Part shown: positions 55,169-64,000 of the stretch, one piece after another
Layout of the letters: each line of letters opens with the position of its first letter
How positions within the stretch are numbered: position 1 is the first letter of the stretch
From: a virus
DNA length: 64,000 nucleotides
IMG/VR virus record: IMGVR_UViG_3300009181_000064
Span: 7,229 to 71,228 of that record
Direction: 5' to 3' (one strand)
Made by a program: the position numbers and the translations under genes
Notes under the pieces: generated by a model
Database searches by the model: none
The model's input: the letters and a program-made list of their open reading frames with translations, nothing else
Told to the model about the DNA's origin: nothing

Positions 55169-57298
55169 ATGGCACTAGCAAACTCAAAATCAGTACTCGC
55201 AAAGTTACTCGCACAAGAGAACATCACTGTCGAGCATCGCAAAACACAAACCGCATACTTTGATCCCAAGAATCGTGTTCTTGTTCTTCCAATCTGGAAA
55301 GACATGAGCACTGATCTGTATGACTTACTTGTAGGTCACGAAGTAGGTCATGCTTGGGAGACTCCTGCCGAGGGCTGGCACAATGCCCTTCAAGCACACA
55401 AGCGAGGTTTTAAATCTTATCTTAATGTAGTAGAAGATGCTCGTATTGAACGATGTATTAAGACCCGCTATCCTGGTCTGCGTTCATGTTTTTATAAAGC
55501 ATATAGCGAATTAGCAGACAAAGATTTCTTTGGTATTGCAGAACGTGAAATCTCAACACTTAATTTAATTGATCGTATCAATCTTCACTTCAAGATTGGT
55601 CCTTTCCTTGCGGTTCCTTTTAATACAGAAGAACAATTCTATGTTAAACAAATAGAGAACCTTTCAAATTGGGATGATGTAGTCCGTGTTGCTACAGAAT
55701 TGTATAATCGTCGCAAAGAAGAACTGGAAGAAGAATACGAAGACAACAGACGTCGAGGTGGTCTCGGTGAGATTCAAGACTATGAAGAAGGCGATGAGTA
55801 TAATGAATATGATTCTGAGTATAATCGTGAAGAAGATACAATGGCAGACGATGATGCTGGAGGTGTCGGTGCAGGTGGGGAACCAATCTTTGATCCGAAG
55901 TCATTGACGGATGAAGAATTCCGCAAGCGTGAATCTGAATTAGTATCCGATGAAATCAAACCATATCGTTATGCTACATTGCCTTTAATTAATACTAAAG
56001 ATTTTATTATACCTCACAAGAAACTTTATGCTGAAACAGATTGGCAAATTATTGATGACGACTACGGCGCAGCTGATCCAATGTTTGTTGAATATAATGT
56101 TCCTGCAGGTGACATATTATATTCGGAATACAAACAGACAAACTCTAAATTTATTCAATATCTTGTAAAAGAATTTGAATTAAAACGTAATGCGGCACAA
56201 TTTGCCAGAGCGCACGTTGCTAAAACAGGTGAGCTTGATATTGATAAAGTATTTGCTTACAAATTTAAGACAGATTTATTCAAGCGTGTTACTGTTGTTC
56301 CTGGTGGTAAGAATCATGGCATGGTAATGTTTATTGATTGGTCTGGTTCAATGACTGATATTATCAAACAAACAATTGAACAGACTTTGGTACTTGCAGA
56401 TTTCTGCAAGAAAGTAAATATCCCATTCCGAGTATTTGCTTTTTCAGACTCAGACCAAAACAATAAGAATAAAGATATTCTTGCTATTAGAAAAACTAAA
56501 TACTCACAACGCATTGGTGATTTATCATTAGAAAATTATAGTACATATATGATGGAATTGTTATCTAATACTATGACAAGTTCGCAATATCATTATGCGC
56601 AGAAACGATTATTACAAGTTGGTCATGTATTTGGTCGTATTCATCGTAGACATTATGTCCCACATGGATGGAATTTAAGCGGCACTCCTTTAAATGAGGC
56701 ATTGGTATTTGCCAATTATTATATTCCAGAATTTAAAGAAATGCATCGATTAGATATTGTAAATACAATTGTATTGACTGACGGTGAAGCAAATGAGACT
56801 GAAGAAATTATTGCGTCTGATGGTCGTCGTAGACATATGAATTCTGTATATTCAATTGGTTGGAAAGGTAAAGCAAATACTGTTATTACAGATAAACAAA
56901 CTGGCAAAACCGGATTTGCTAAACCAGGTCAACCGTTAACAGCTGCTCTTTTAGACTTATTAAAGAATAGAACTGGAACTAATTTAATTGGATATTATAT
57001 TCTAAGTGGTGTTTCTAAATATCGTATTAATGGATTTATTCAGGGTCAAGGTATTATTAATGAAGATACTCAAAATATTATTCATAAAATAAAGAAAGAA
57101 AAGTTTTATGCGATTAACTCTTATGTTTATGATAAATATTTTCTGGTCAAATCAGACGATTTAAATATTAATGACGAAGAATTAAAGGTAAAATCAGATT
57201 CTTCTAAAAAGGATATTTTAAAATCATTTATGCAAAGTCAAAAATCAAAGATCGTGAACCGCGTACTTTTGAACAAGTTTATTGCAGAAATTGCTTGA
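55169..57298 (+). CDS. CobT-like protein: N-terminal HExxH metallopeptidase-like domain plus C-terminal VWA domain
   Basis: LVGHEVGHA...NVVEDARIE, acidic linker, MIDAS DWSGS...GTPL...LTDGEA; partner of the downstream AAA ATPase. Confidence 0.8.
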   Translation: MALANSKSVLAKLLAQENITVEHRKTQTAYFDPKNRVLVLPIWKDMSTDLYDLLVGHEVGHAWETPAEGWHNALQAHKRGFKSYLNVVEDARIERCIKTRYPGLRSCFYKAYSELADKDFFGIAEREISTLNLIDRINLHFKIGPFLAVPFNTEEQFYVKQIENLSNWDDVVRVATELYNRRKEELEEEYEDNRRRGGLGEIQDYEEGDEYNEYDSEYNREEDTMADDDAGGVGAGGEPIFDPKSLTDEEFRKRESELVSDEIKPYRYATLPLINTKDFIIPHKKLYAETDWQIIDDDYGAADPMFVEYNVPAGDILYSEYKQTNSKFIQYLVKEFELKRNAAQFARAHVAKTGELDIDKVFAYKFKTDLFKRVTVVPGGKNHGMVMFIDWSGSMTDIIKQTIEQTLVLADFCKKVNIPFRVFAFSDSDQNNKNKDILAIRKTKYSQRIGDLSLENYSTYMMELLSNTMTSSQYHYAQKRLLQVGHVFGRIHRRHYVPHGWNLSGTPLNEALVFANYYIPEFKEMHRLDIVNTIVLTDGEANETEEIIASDGRRRHMNSVYSIGWKGKANTVITDKQTGKTGFAKPGQPLTAALLDLLKNRTGTNLIGYYILSGVSKYRINGFIQGQGIINEDTQNIIHKIKKEKFYAINSYVYDKYFLVKSDDLNINDEELKVKSDSSKKDILKSFMQSQKSKIVNRVLLNKFIAEIA

Positions 57299-57323
57299 CA
57301 TCAAACGAAAACGGTGTTATAAT
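57295..57323 (+). promoter_or_regulatory. Sigma70 (early) promoter
   Basis: TTGACA (57295-57300), 17 nt, TATAAT (57318-57323); the GGTGTTATAAT end is shared with the promoter at 55119. Confidence 0.82.
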
Positions 57324-57356
57324 TAATTGTTGAACAAACATTTTTAGGACTATATT

Positions 57357-58535
57357 ATGAATTCTACTGACCTCCAGAAAAAACAGCTTGTATCTGATCT
57401 GATTCAAGCATTCGGCAAAACAGCATCCCGCAAAGATGTAATTGCATTCGTCAAGCAAAAAGACGTTAAGATGCCCAATTGGTTAATTAATGGCGCAACA
57501 TATCGAGCAGCTCGTGGCCTAATTAATCTTGACGCATTTGGTAGTGATAAAGTGAACAACATCCCAGCAACCCCTGCTCCTGAGATTGAGGCATTGCCTG
57601 CATTACAAGCTCAGGTTGTACAACTCCGACAAAAACGTATGGTATCAGAAGTAGAAGATTTGGTTCCTATTAAAGACACAAATTATGTACCATTTGGTTT
57701 TTATAAAGATCTAGAGTCAATTATTAAATCTAAAGTGTTTTATCCTGTATTCATTACTGGTCTTACTGGTAATGGTAAGACTACAATGGTCGAACAGGTT
57801 TGTTCTAAATTAAAGCGTGAGTGTGTTCGTGTTAACGTATCAATCGAGACTGATGAGGATGATCTTGTAGGTGGTTCTACATTGATTGACGGTAACGTAA
57901 CATTCCGAGAAGGTCCTGTTATTCTAGCTATGCGCCGTGGTGCTGTTTTGTTGATTGACGAAATTGATCGTGGTTCAAATAAATTGATGTGTATTCAGGG
58001 TATTCTTGAAGGCAAGCCATACTTCAATAAAAAGAATGGCGATGTAATTCATCCTGCTTCTGGGTTTACGGTTATTGCTACAGCAAATACTAAAGGTCAA
58101 GGTTCAGATAGCGGCAAGTATATTGCAGCACAGATTCTTGACGAAGCATTTTTAGAGCGTTTCCCAATTACAGTAGAACAAGAATATCCTTCTGCTAAGG
58201 TTGAGCGTACTATTATTATGAACAACATGGAACAGCATAGTTGTGTGGATGAAGAATTTGCTGACAAACTTGTAACATGGGCTGAGGTTATTCGTAAAAC
58301 ATATCTTGAAGATGCGGTTGACGAATTGATTTCTACTCGACGTCTTGTTCATATTGTAAAGGCATTCTCGATGTTCCGAGATCGTCAAAAGGCAATTGAA
58401 CTTTGTGTTAACCGTTTTGATGCAGATACAAAGAATGCGTTCTTGGATTTGTATAAGAAGATGGAAGCACCTGCAGAAGAACAAACAGTTGCACCGATTC
58501 AAGAAAACAATATGGATGAAGATATCCCATTCTAA
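57357..58535 (+). CDS. cobS: CobS/MoxR-like AAA+ ATPase
   Basis: GLTGNGKT, ETDEDDL.GG, LLIDEID, ATANTKGQGS, LDEAFLERF, ISTRRLVHI; matches the phage CobS-like family. Confidence 0.88.
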   Translation: MNSTDLQKKQLVSDLIQAFGKTASRKDVIAFVKQKDVKMPNWLINGATYRAARGLINLDAFGSDKVNNIPATPAPEIEALPALQAQVVQLRQKRMVSEVEDLVPIKDTNYVPFGFYKDLESIIKSKVFYPVFITGLTGNGKTTMVEQVCSKLKRECVRVNVSIETDEDDLVGGSTLIDGNVTFREGPVILAMRRGAVLLIDEIDRGSNKLMCIQGILEGKPYFNKKNGDVIHPASGFTVIATANTKGQGSDSGKYIAAQILDEAFLERFPITVEQEYPSAKVERTIIMNNMEQHSCVDEEFADKLVTWAEVIRKTYLEDAVDELISTRRLVHIVKAFSMFRDRQKAIELCVNRFDADTKNAFLDLYKKMEAPAEEQTVAPIQENNMDEDIPF

Positions 58536-58552
58536 CATAAATTAATTTAACC

Positions 58553-58576
58553 GAAGGGCACAGTAATGTGCCCTTC
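58553..58576 (+). terminator. Stem-loop / probable terminator after cobS
   Basis: GAAGGGCACA-GTAA-TGTGCCCTTC, perfect 10-bp stem with a weak U tract. Confidence 0.7.
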
Positions 58577-58590
58577 TACCTTTATCAGCA

Positions 58591-58598
58591 TATAAATA
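58591..58598 (+). promoter_or_regulatory. T4-type late promoter for the sugar operon
   Basis: TATAAATA between the stem-loop and gmd. Confidence 0.7.
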
Positions 58599-58631
58599 AT
58601 ATAATATTATTAATTCATTATAGGGATTGAA

Positions 58632-59639
58632 ATGAAGACAGCATTAATTACTGGCATCACAGGCCAAGACGGATCCTATCTTGCAGAACTATTACTCGAA
58701 AAGGGTTATATGGTTCATGGCATTATTAGACGTAGTTCGTCAATCAACACAGGTCGCATCGACCACATCTATAGTCATCCCAATTTAAAATTGCACTACG
58801 GTGACGTAACAGATTCATTGTCTATTATGAACATACTTAAGAAGTATGAGCCAGATGAAATCTATAATTTAGCAGCACAAAGTCATGTTAAAGTTTCTTT
58901 TGAAACACCTGAATATACTGCACAAGTTGATGCATTGGGCACATTAAAGATCCTCGAATCAGTTAGATTGTTGAATTTAGAAAAGAAAACTAAAATCTAT
59001 CAAGCATCCACATCAGAGCTTTATGGTCTAGTACAAGAAATACCGCAAAAAGAAACAACCCCGTTTTACCCGCGCTCACCCTATGGCGTAGCTAAACTTT
59101 ATGGATATTGGATTGTTAAAAATTATCGCGAGTCTTATAATATGTTTGCTTGTTCTGGCATCTTATTTAATCACGAATCTCCTCGTCGTGGACATAATTT
59201 TGTTACAAAGAAAATTGTAAATGGGATTGAAGCAGTAAGTGCAGGACGTCAAGAATGTTTATATTTGGGCAATATACATGCTAAACGAGATTGGGGTCAT
59301 GCAAAAGACTATGTGAAGGCAATGTGGTTAATGTTGCAACAAGATATCCCCGACGATTTTGTTATTGCTACAGGTGAACAATATTCAGTAAAAGAATTTG
59401 TCGAACGATGCGCACCATTTTTTGGATTAAAAATTCGATGGGAAGGCGCAGGCCTTAACGAAGTAGGTATTGACACTATAACCAATAAAATTGTTGTTCG
59501 TGTGGATGAAAAATATTTCCGCCCTGCAGAAGTTGAAACTTTATTGGGAGATTCTACAAAAGCTAGCAGTGTGCTGGGTTGGGTTCCTGAGCATTCTTTC
59601 GATGATCTTGTTCACGACATGTGTATGAATTTTAGTTGA
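58632..59639 (+). CDS. gmd: GDP-mannose 4,6-dehydratase
   Basis: [73 protein letters not shown]. Confidence 0.97.
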   Translation: MKTALITGITGQDGSYLAELLLEKGYMVHGIIRRSSSINTGRIDHIYSHPNLKLHYGDVTDSLSIMNILKKYEPDEIYNLAAQSHVKVSFETPEYTAQVDALGTLKILESVRLLNLEKKTKIYQASTSELYGLVQEIPQKETTPFYPRSPYGVAKLYGYWIVKNYRESYNMFACSGILFNHESPRRGHNFVTKKIVNGIEAVSAGRQECLYLGNIHAKRDWGHAKDYVKAMWLMLQQDIPDDFVIATGEQYSVKEFVERCAPFFGLKIRWEGAGLNEVGIDTITNKIVVRVDEKYFRPAEVETLLGDSTKASSVLGWVPEHSFDDLVHDMCMNFS

Positions 59640-59646
59640 GGATAAT

Positions 59647-60582
59647 ATGGAAAAAAATAGTAAAATATTTGTTGCGGGTCATAATGGATTGGTAGGTTCA
59701 GCAATTGTACGAAAATTAAAATCCGAGGGATATAATGATTTAATTCTTAGATCTAAAGCAGAATTGGATTTGAGAGATCAACTGGCAGTTAAAAAATTCT
59801 TTAGTTTAGCAAAACCAGATTATGTTTTTTTAGCTGCAGCAAAGGTTGGCGGCATTAATTGGAACTGGACTAATCCTGGTGAATTTATTTATGATAATCT
59901 GCAAATACAAACTAATGTTATTGATGCAGCATATCGCAATGCCTGCAAAAAATTATTATTTTTAGGTTCTGCTTGTATATATCCTAAGGTTGTTCCTCAA
60001 CCTATTAAAGAAGAATATTTGTTAACAGCACCACTTGAACCTACAAATGAAGGATATGCTTTAGCAAAAATTACAGGTTTGCGTATGTGTGAATATTATA
60101 GACGCCAATATGGGTTTAATGCTATCAGTTTAATGCCTGCTAATCTATATGGACCTAATGATAATTTTATTCCAGAACACGGCCATGTAATTCCTGGTAT
60201 TATAACTAAGTTATATAATGCTATGCAAAAGGGTGAAAAGAGTATTGAATGCTGGGGCGATGGCACACCTACAAGGGAATTCTTATATGTAGATGATCTT
60301 GCGGATGCTTGCTTCTGGACAATGCAAAATTATGATAAAGCCGAATTTATTAATGTGGGTAGCAATGAAGAACTTACAATTAGAGATCTTGCTGAAAAAT
60401 TAAAAGACGCAATGGGTTTTAAAGGTGATATTATTTGGAATACAGATAAACCAAATGGCACACCTAGACGCAAAATGGATAACAGCAAATTAAAAGCACT
60501 TGGCTGGTCTGCAGATGTAACCTTTGATGAGGGTCTAAAGCGGACTATTGAATGGTATAAAAAGCAAAAAGGTATGATATGA
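59647..60582 (+). CDS. fcl: GDP-L-fucose synthase / GDP-colitose synthase (Fcl/ColC family)
   Basis: AGHNGLVGSA, AAAKVGGI, LGSACIYP, LEPTNEGYA.AK, MPANLYGPNDNF, WGDGTP.REFLYVDDLA. Confidence 0.93.
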   Translation: MEKNSKIFVAGHNGLVGSAIVRKLKSEGYNDLILRSKAELDLRDQLAVKKFFSLAKPDYVFLAAAKVGGINWNWTNPGEFIYDNLQIQTNVIDAAYRNACKKLLFLGSACIYPKVVPQPIKEEYLLTAPLEPTNEGYALAKITGLRMCEYYRRQYGFNAISLMPANLYGPNDNFIPEHGHVIPGIITKLYNAMQKGEKSIECWGDGTPTREFLYVDDLADACFWTMQNYDKAEFINVGSNEELTIRDLAEKLKDAMGFKGDIIWNTDKPNGTPRRKMDNSKLKALGWSADVTFDEGLKRTIEWYKKQKGMI

Positions 60583-61748
60583 GATGGCCTTTAATGGGTG
60601 AGACAATCACCTTTACTGATAGATTAAAAATGGCACACTTTGCTTTAACAGCAAAGAAATTTACCTTTGGCGAAAAAGTAAAACAATTTGAAAACGAATG
60701 GAGCGACTGGCTAGGTGCAAAACATTCGTTATATGTATCCAGCGGAAGTACCGCAAACTTCTTGTTGGTTGCTGCTATTAAAGAATTATATAAGTTAAAA
60801 GAAGGCGACAAAGTATTGTTACCTGCCTGTACCTGGATGACCAATGTGGCACCTATTATGCAACTTGGCCTTACTCCTGTATTCTGCGATATCAATTTAG
60901 ATAATTTTAGTTTCGATGTAGAAGAAGCCAAATTAATCGCAATTAAACACGAAATTAAAGCAGTGTTTATTACACACCTATTAGGGTTTTCTGCAGACAA
61001 TGAAGCGATTAAACGCATATTTCCTCGAGCATTAATTATAGATGATGTATGCGAATCACATGGATGCCAATCACCATACGGTGAAAGGCGCGGCGCAAAT
61101 AGTTTAGGTGCAACATTCAGTTTCTATTTTGGACATCATATGTCTACAGTTGAGGGCGGTATGGTTTCTACTAATAATACTAAACTATATGACCTAATGA
61201 AGATGAAGCGCAGTCATGGAATGGCAAGAGAATCTCTTAATTTTGCAGATTACGCCAATAAGAATCCAAACATTGATAAACAATTTCTATTTGTTACTGA
61301 TGGATATAATTTTAGAAACCATGAAATTTGTGCAGTGCTTGGTATATCGCAATTAAAGCGATTGGATAAAATGATTGAAATTAGAAACAACAATCATAAA
61401 TTATTTGTAGATATTATTGACAAATATCCCAATCTGTTTTATAATATTAAAAATCCCAAAACAATTAGTAGTTTCTGTTTACCATTCATTTGTAAATCTA
61501 ATGAGATTATGTTAGCAATGAAAGATACCTTTACCCAACACGGTATTGAATACAGACCAATTGTTGCGGGTAATCTATTAGCACAACCGTTCCTTAAAGA
61601 TTATACTATTGAATCTAATAAGAAGCGAACCAATGCAGATATTCTTCATACCCAAGGTGTGTACGTTGGTAATAACCATTTTGTTACAGACAAAGATATG
61701 AACTTTTTAAACAAAGTAGTCGGAGAAATTAATGAAAAATTTAGGTGA
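60579..61748 (+). CDS. colD: PLP-dependent DegT-family enzyme, ColD-like GDP-4-keto-6-deoxymannose 3-dehydratase
   Basis: SSGSTAN, DVCESHG, FSFYFGHHMSTVEGG (His where aminotransferases have the catalytic Lys), GYNFR, RPIVAGN; 389 aa; follows gmd-fcl. Confidence 0.75.
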   Translation: MRWPLMGETITFTDRLKMAHFALTAKKFTFGEKVKQFENEWSDWLGAKHSLYVSSGSTANFLLVAAIKELYKLKEGDKVLLPACTWMTNVAPIMQLGLTPVFCDINLDNFSFDVEEAKLIAIKHEIKAVFITHLLGFSADNEAIKRIFPRALIIDDVCESHGCQSPYGERRGANSLGATFSFYFGHHMSTVEGGMVSTNNTKLYDLMKMKRSHGMARESLNFADYANKNPNIDKQFLFVTDGYNFRNHEICAVLGISQLKRLDKMIEIRNNNHKLFVDIIDKYPNLFYNIKNPKTISSFCLPFICKSNEIMLAMKDTFTQHGIEYRPIVAGNLLAQPFLKDYTIESNKKRTNADILHTQGVYVGNNHFVTDKDMNFLNKVVGEINEKFR

Positions 61749-62091
61749 GAGTATTGAGGATATTATAAAAAGAACAGTCGACGATGTTTTAGACAACACT
61801 CGAGATTATGGTCTACCAGATTCTAATTATATTGCAACAGATAACCTCGGTGAAGTAATTGAAAAATTAGCAATCATCCATATTAGAATGTGGATGTTAG
61901 AGGATGCGATACAAGCAGCAACTTCTGATACAGAGATTGCAGAACTAAAACGTAAATGTGATATTTGCTTTAAAGTCAAACGTCCAAAATATGTTCAAGC
62001 AATTAACGCATTGGTTGACGATGCAATTGTGAATAACAAGTCTTTGAGAGAAGATTCAGTAAAATTATACAAAGGTGTTAATAATGAATAA
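61732..62091 (+). CDS. Small helical hypothetical protein in the sugar operon
   Basis: LGEVIEKLAIIHIRMW..ED resembles the small helical proteins found beside glycosyltransferase genes. Confidence 0.55.
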   Translation: MKNLGESIEDIIKRTVDDVLDNTRDYGLPDSNYIATDNLGEVIEKLAIIHIRMWMLEDAIQAATSDTEIAELKRKCDICFKVKRPKYVQAINALVDDAIVNNKSLREDSVKLYKGVNNE

Positions 62092-63001
62092 AATTGTTTT
62101 CTTTAATCACTTCCATAAAGGCGATCTTCATACGCATAAGGAATTTATTCGTCATATTCAATCTGAACTACCCAATGTAGCATTTGAATATCTGCATAAT
62201 AATGCAGCAAAATTGACCGCTGAACTTGATATTCCTTTGATAGGCGCACCGTCTGATTTAGATAATAAAACTCCTTTTTACTTAGATGAAGATGCGTTGT
62301 ATATTAATACGTGGGTTGGATGCAATTGGGATATATTCTGTAAGTATGGTGGTATCAATATGAATACGTTATACGAGCAATGGGAAAAAATCGTAGAACA
62401 AATCAATGAAGTATTTGAAACAAGTATTAAATTACATAAAGAAAAAGAACAATACTTACCAAGAATTGCTTATAATGCTTTAAGCACTGCGGGTGTAGAT
62501 AATTATGTTAATTCTACAATAGGCGTTAAAAAAATATTGTTATGTAATAATGTGCCTCAATCAAATCAATCTTTTAGTTCTGAGATGAGAGAATATATTT
62601 TGCCTTTTGCAGAAATGTATCCAGATACACATTTTATTTGTACCAATAAATTTGATACCGATGGAAATAATAATATCTTTTTTACTGGCGATATAATTGG
62701 TCCTGTTCAAGATGGAGATTTACAAGAAATTTCTTATTTAAGTACTTACTGTGATGTTATTGTAGGAAAGAACTCGGGTCCATATGTATTCTGTGAGACT
62801 TATGATAATTATATGGATGATAATAAAACATTCTTATCATTTAATACTAAGCATTTAGACTATGAAGATATACACGAAACTATGTCACGTGATTTAAAAA
62901 TCAACTGTAATTATATGGCAATACCTATTTTCAATAATAAAGAATTGACGGACAAAGATCACGAGAATATCATGGCAGCTCTTAATGAGGCGCTTGCATG
63001 A
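62084..63001 (+). CDS. Putative glycosyltransferase-like protein
   Basis: FFNHFHKGDL N-terminus and L.EISYLS..CD.IVG.NSGP C-terminal motif, reminiscent of GT9-type GT-B proteins. Confidence 0.5.
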   Translation: MNKIVFFNHFHKGDLHTHKEFIRHIQSELPNVAFEYLHNNAAKLTAELDIPLIGAPSDLDNKTPFYLDEDALYINTWVGCNWDIFCKYGGINMNTLYEQWEKIVEQINEVFETSIKLHKEKEQYLPRIAYNALSTAGVDNYVNSTIGVKKILLCNNVPQSNQSFSSEMREYILPFAEMYPDTHFICTNKFDTDGNNNIFFTGDIIGPVQDGDLQEISYLSTYCDVIVGKNSGPYVFCETYDNYMDDNKTFLSFNTKHLDYEDIHETMSRDLKINCNYMAIPIFNNKELTDKDHENIMAALNEALA

Positions 63002-63876
63002 AAAAGTTGTCTATTGGATTTACCGATACGCACGAGCATCTAGCTGCGTTTTTTATATACCTGCTAGGTACTCGGTATGAGGTAGAGATTATCGACATTA
63101 GAAAAGGAACACCTGATATTCTTTTATTCGGTGACGATAATTTTGGTAAACGCAATTTAGATTTCTCCAGAAAAGATTGTATCAAGTTATTCTATACTGG
63201 AGAAAATCGTAGACCAGAAAACTTTGATTGTGATTATGCTATCAGTTTCGATCACAACTTTGAACCTTGGCATTATAGATTGCCCCTGTATGTAGTCTAT
63301 ATGTGGGCATTAGAACATATACATGAAACAAAATTTGATTACAATTATATCTTTAATCCCGAGATTAAAGAGAAAACAGACTTTTGTTCTTTTGTAGTAT
63401 CTAATCCTAATTGTTCTGAGCGCAATGAATTCTTTAAACAGCTACACGCAGAAAAGCATGTTGATAGTGCAGGAAAATTATATAATAACACATCTGCAAA
63501 TTTAGTAGGTGAAGCAGCTAAGATTGAATTTCTTTCTACACGAAAATTCAATATTTGTTTTGAACCTTATTCACATCCCGGGTATGTAACGGAGAAAATT
63601 CTACACGCATTTTATGCAGGTACAGTTCCTATTTACTGGGGAAGTGAAACAATAAGTTCTGATTTTAATCCCGACGCATTTGTTAATGTGCATGACTTTG
63701 ATAGCTATTATGATGTAATTAAACATCTCGCATATTTAGATAGTAACAAAGAAGCATACGATGCAATGGTAAATGCTCCTAAGTTTAGAAACGGAATTCC
63801 TCCTTCATACATAATGCTCGACAATTTCCTAAATTGGTTTGATGCTGTTGTTTATAATAAAATCCTTAAACGATGA
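62998..63876 (+). CDS. Alpha-1,3-fucosyltransferase family (GT10)
   Basis: FYTGEN.RP, DYAISFD, YRLPLY, FCSFVVSNP...RN.FF, KFNICFE..S..GYVTEKI..AF.AG.VPIYWG, as in Helicobacter FucT-type enzymes. Confidence 0.88.
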   Translation: MKKLSIGFTDTHEHLAAFFIYLLGTRYEVEIIDIRKGTPDILLFGDDNFGKRNLDFSRKDCIKLFYTGENRRPENFDCDYAISFDHNFEPWHYRLPLYVVYMWALEHIHETKFDYNYIFNPEIKEKTDFCSFVVSNPNCSERNEFFKQLHAEKHVDSAGKLYNNTSANLVGEAAKIEFLSTRKFNICFEPYSHPGYVTEKILHAFYAGTVPIYWGSETISSDFNPDAFVNVHDFDSYYDVIKHLAYLDSNKEAYDAMVNAPKFRNGIPPSYIMLDNFLNWFDAVVYNKILKR

Positions 63877-64000
63877 AAATACAGACATTTATTTTCAACT
63901 GGCGCGGCCAGTATGAAAAGACAAAAGAAAAGCAAAAGCAACTGAGTGCCATTGGGGTTGTTCCTGTCGTTATTAATAGTGACGACAATCACCGTGAGGA
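63873..64000 (+). CDS. Partial ORF continuing the sugar operon
   Basis: ATGA overlap with the GT10 stop; MKIQTFIFNWRGQYEKTKEKQKQLSAIGVVPVVINSDDNHRE, open to the window edge. Confidence 0.55.
   Translation, partial: MKIQTFIFNWRGQYEKTKEKQKQLSAIGVVPVVINSDDNHRE

Noticed and set aside
57357-58535. cobS as evidence of cobalamin synthesis
   Set aside because: No cobN or other cob genes are present. The phage CobS-like family is a MoxR-type AAA ATPase with a VWA partner.
849-63551. Many short antisense or alternate-frame ORFs in the track (for example 849-1223, 7130-7534, 22124-22636, 48045-48557, 52317-52859, 58152-58538, 60545-61018)
   Set aside because: They lie within well-supported genes, lack recognisable motifs, and read like shadow frames.
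1-64000. Stop-codon reassignment, tRNA or rRNA genes
   Set aside because: Core genes are full length in the standard code, TAG and TGA both serve as stops, and the short intergenic gaps show no cloverleaf I could recognise.

Overview
This window is 64 kb of an AT-rich T4-like myovirus genome, with a gene set and order like cyanophage-type or uncultured aquatic T4-like phages. It reads in the standard genetic code. The first 38.5 kb is the virion morphogenesis module: gp26/gp51, gp54, gp2 and gp4 on the minus strand, then gp48, gp53, a hub protein, gp5, gp25, gp6, gp7, gp8, large DUF4815-like proteins, a repeat-rich tail fibre, gp13-gp23 and gp3 on the plus strand, with TATAAATA late promoters. 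Next come uvsY, uvsW and gp55. Between gp55 and gp47/gp46 is an 8.3 kb cluster of 7-deazaguanine genes (queE, folE, queD, a DpdA/TGT-like transglycosylase, and a second QueD-like protein with an LxxxHRHxF motif; no queC). These are interleaved with two GT-B glycosyltransferases, galE and a DEDD exonuclease. This is the best candidate for an undescribed system, a possibly glycosylated 7-deazaguanine DNA hypermodification. After gp47/gp46 come a peptide deformylase, a CobT-like VWA/CobS-like AAA pair with sigma70 promoters, and a late-promoter sugar operon (gmd, fcl/colC, ColD-like, GT10) that points to GDP-colitose/fucose synthesis and transfer. A second notable signal is a candidate -1 programmed frameshift joining gp26 to the short gp51 ORF (SD-like motif, T TTT TTC, hairpin). 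All assignments come from motif recognition and synteny; no database searches were run.
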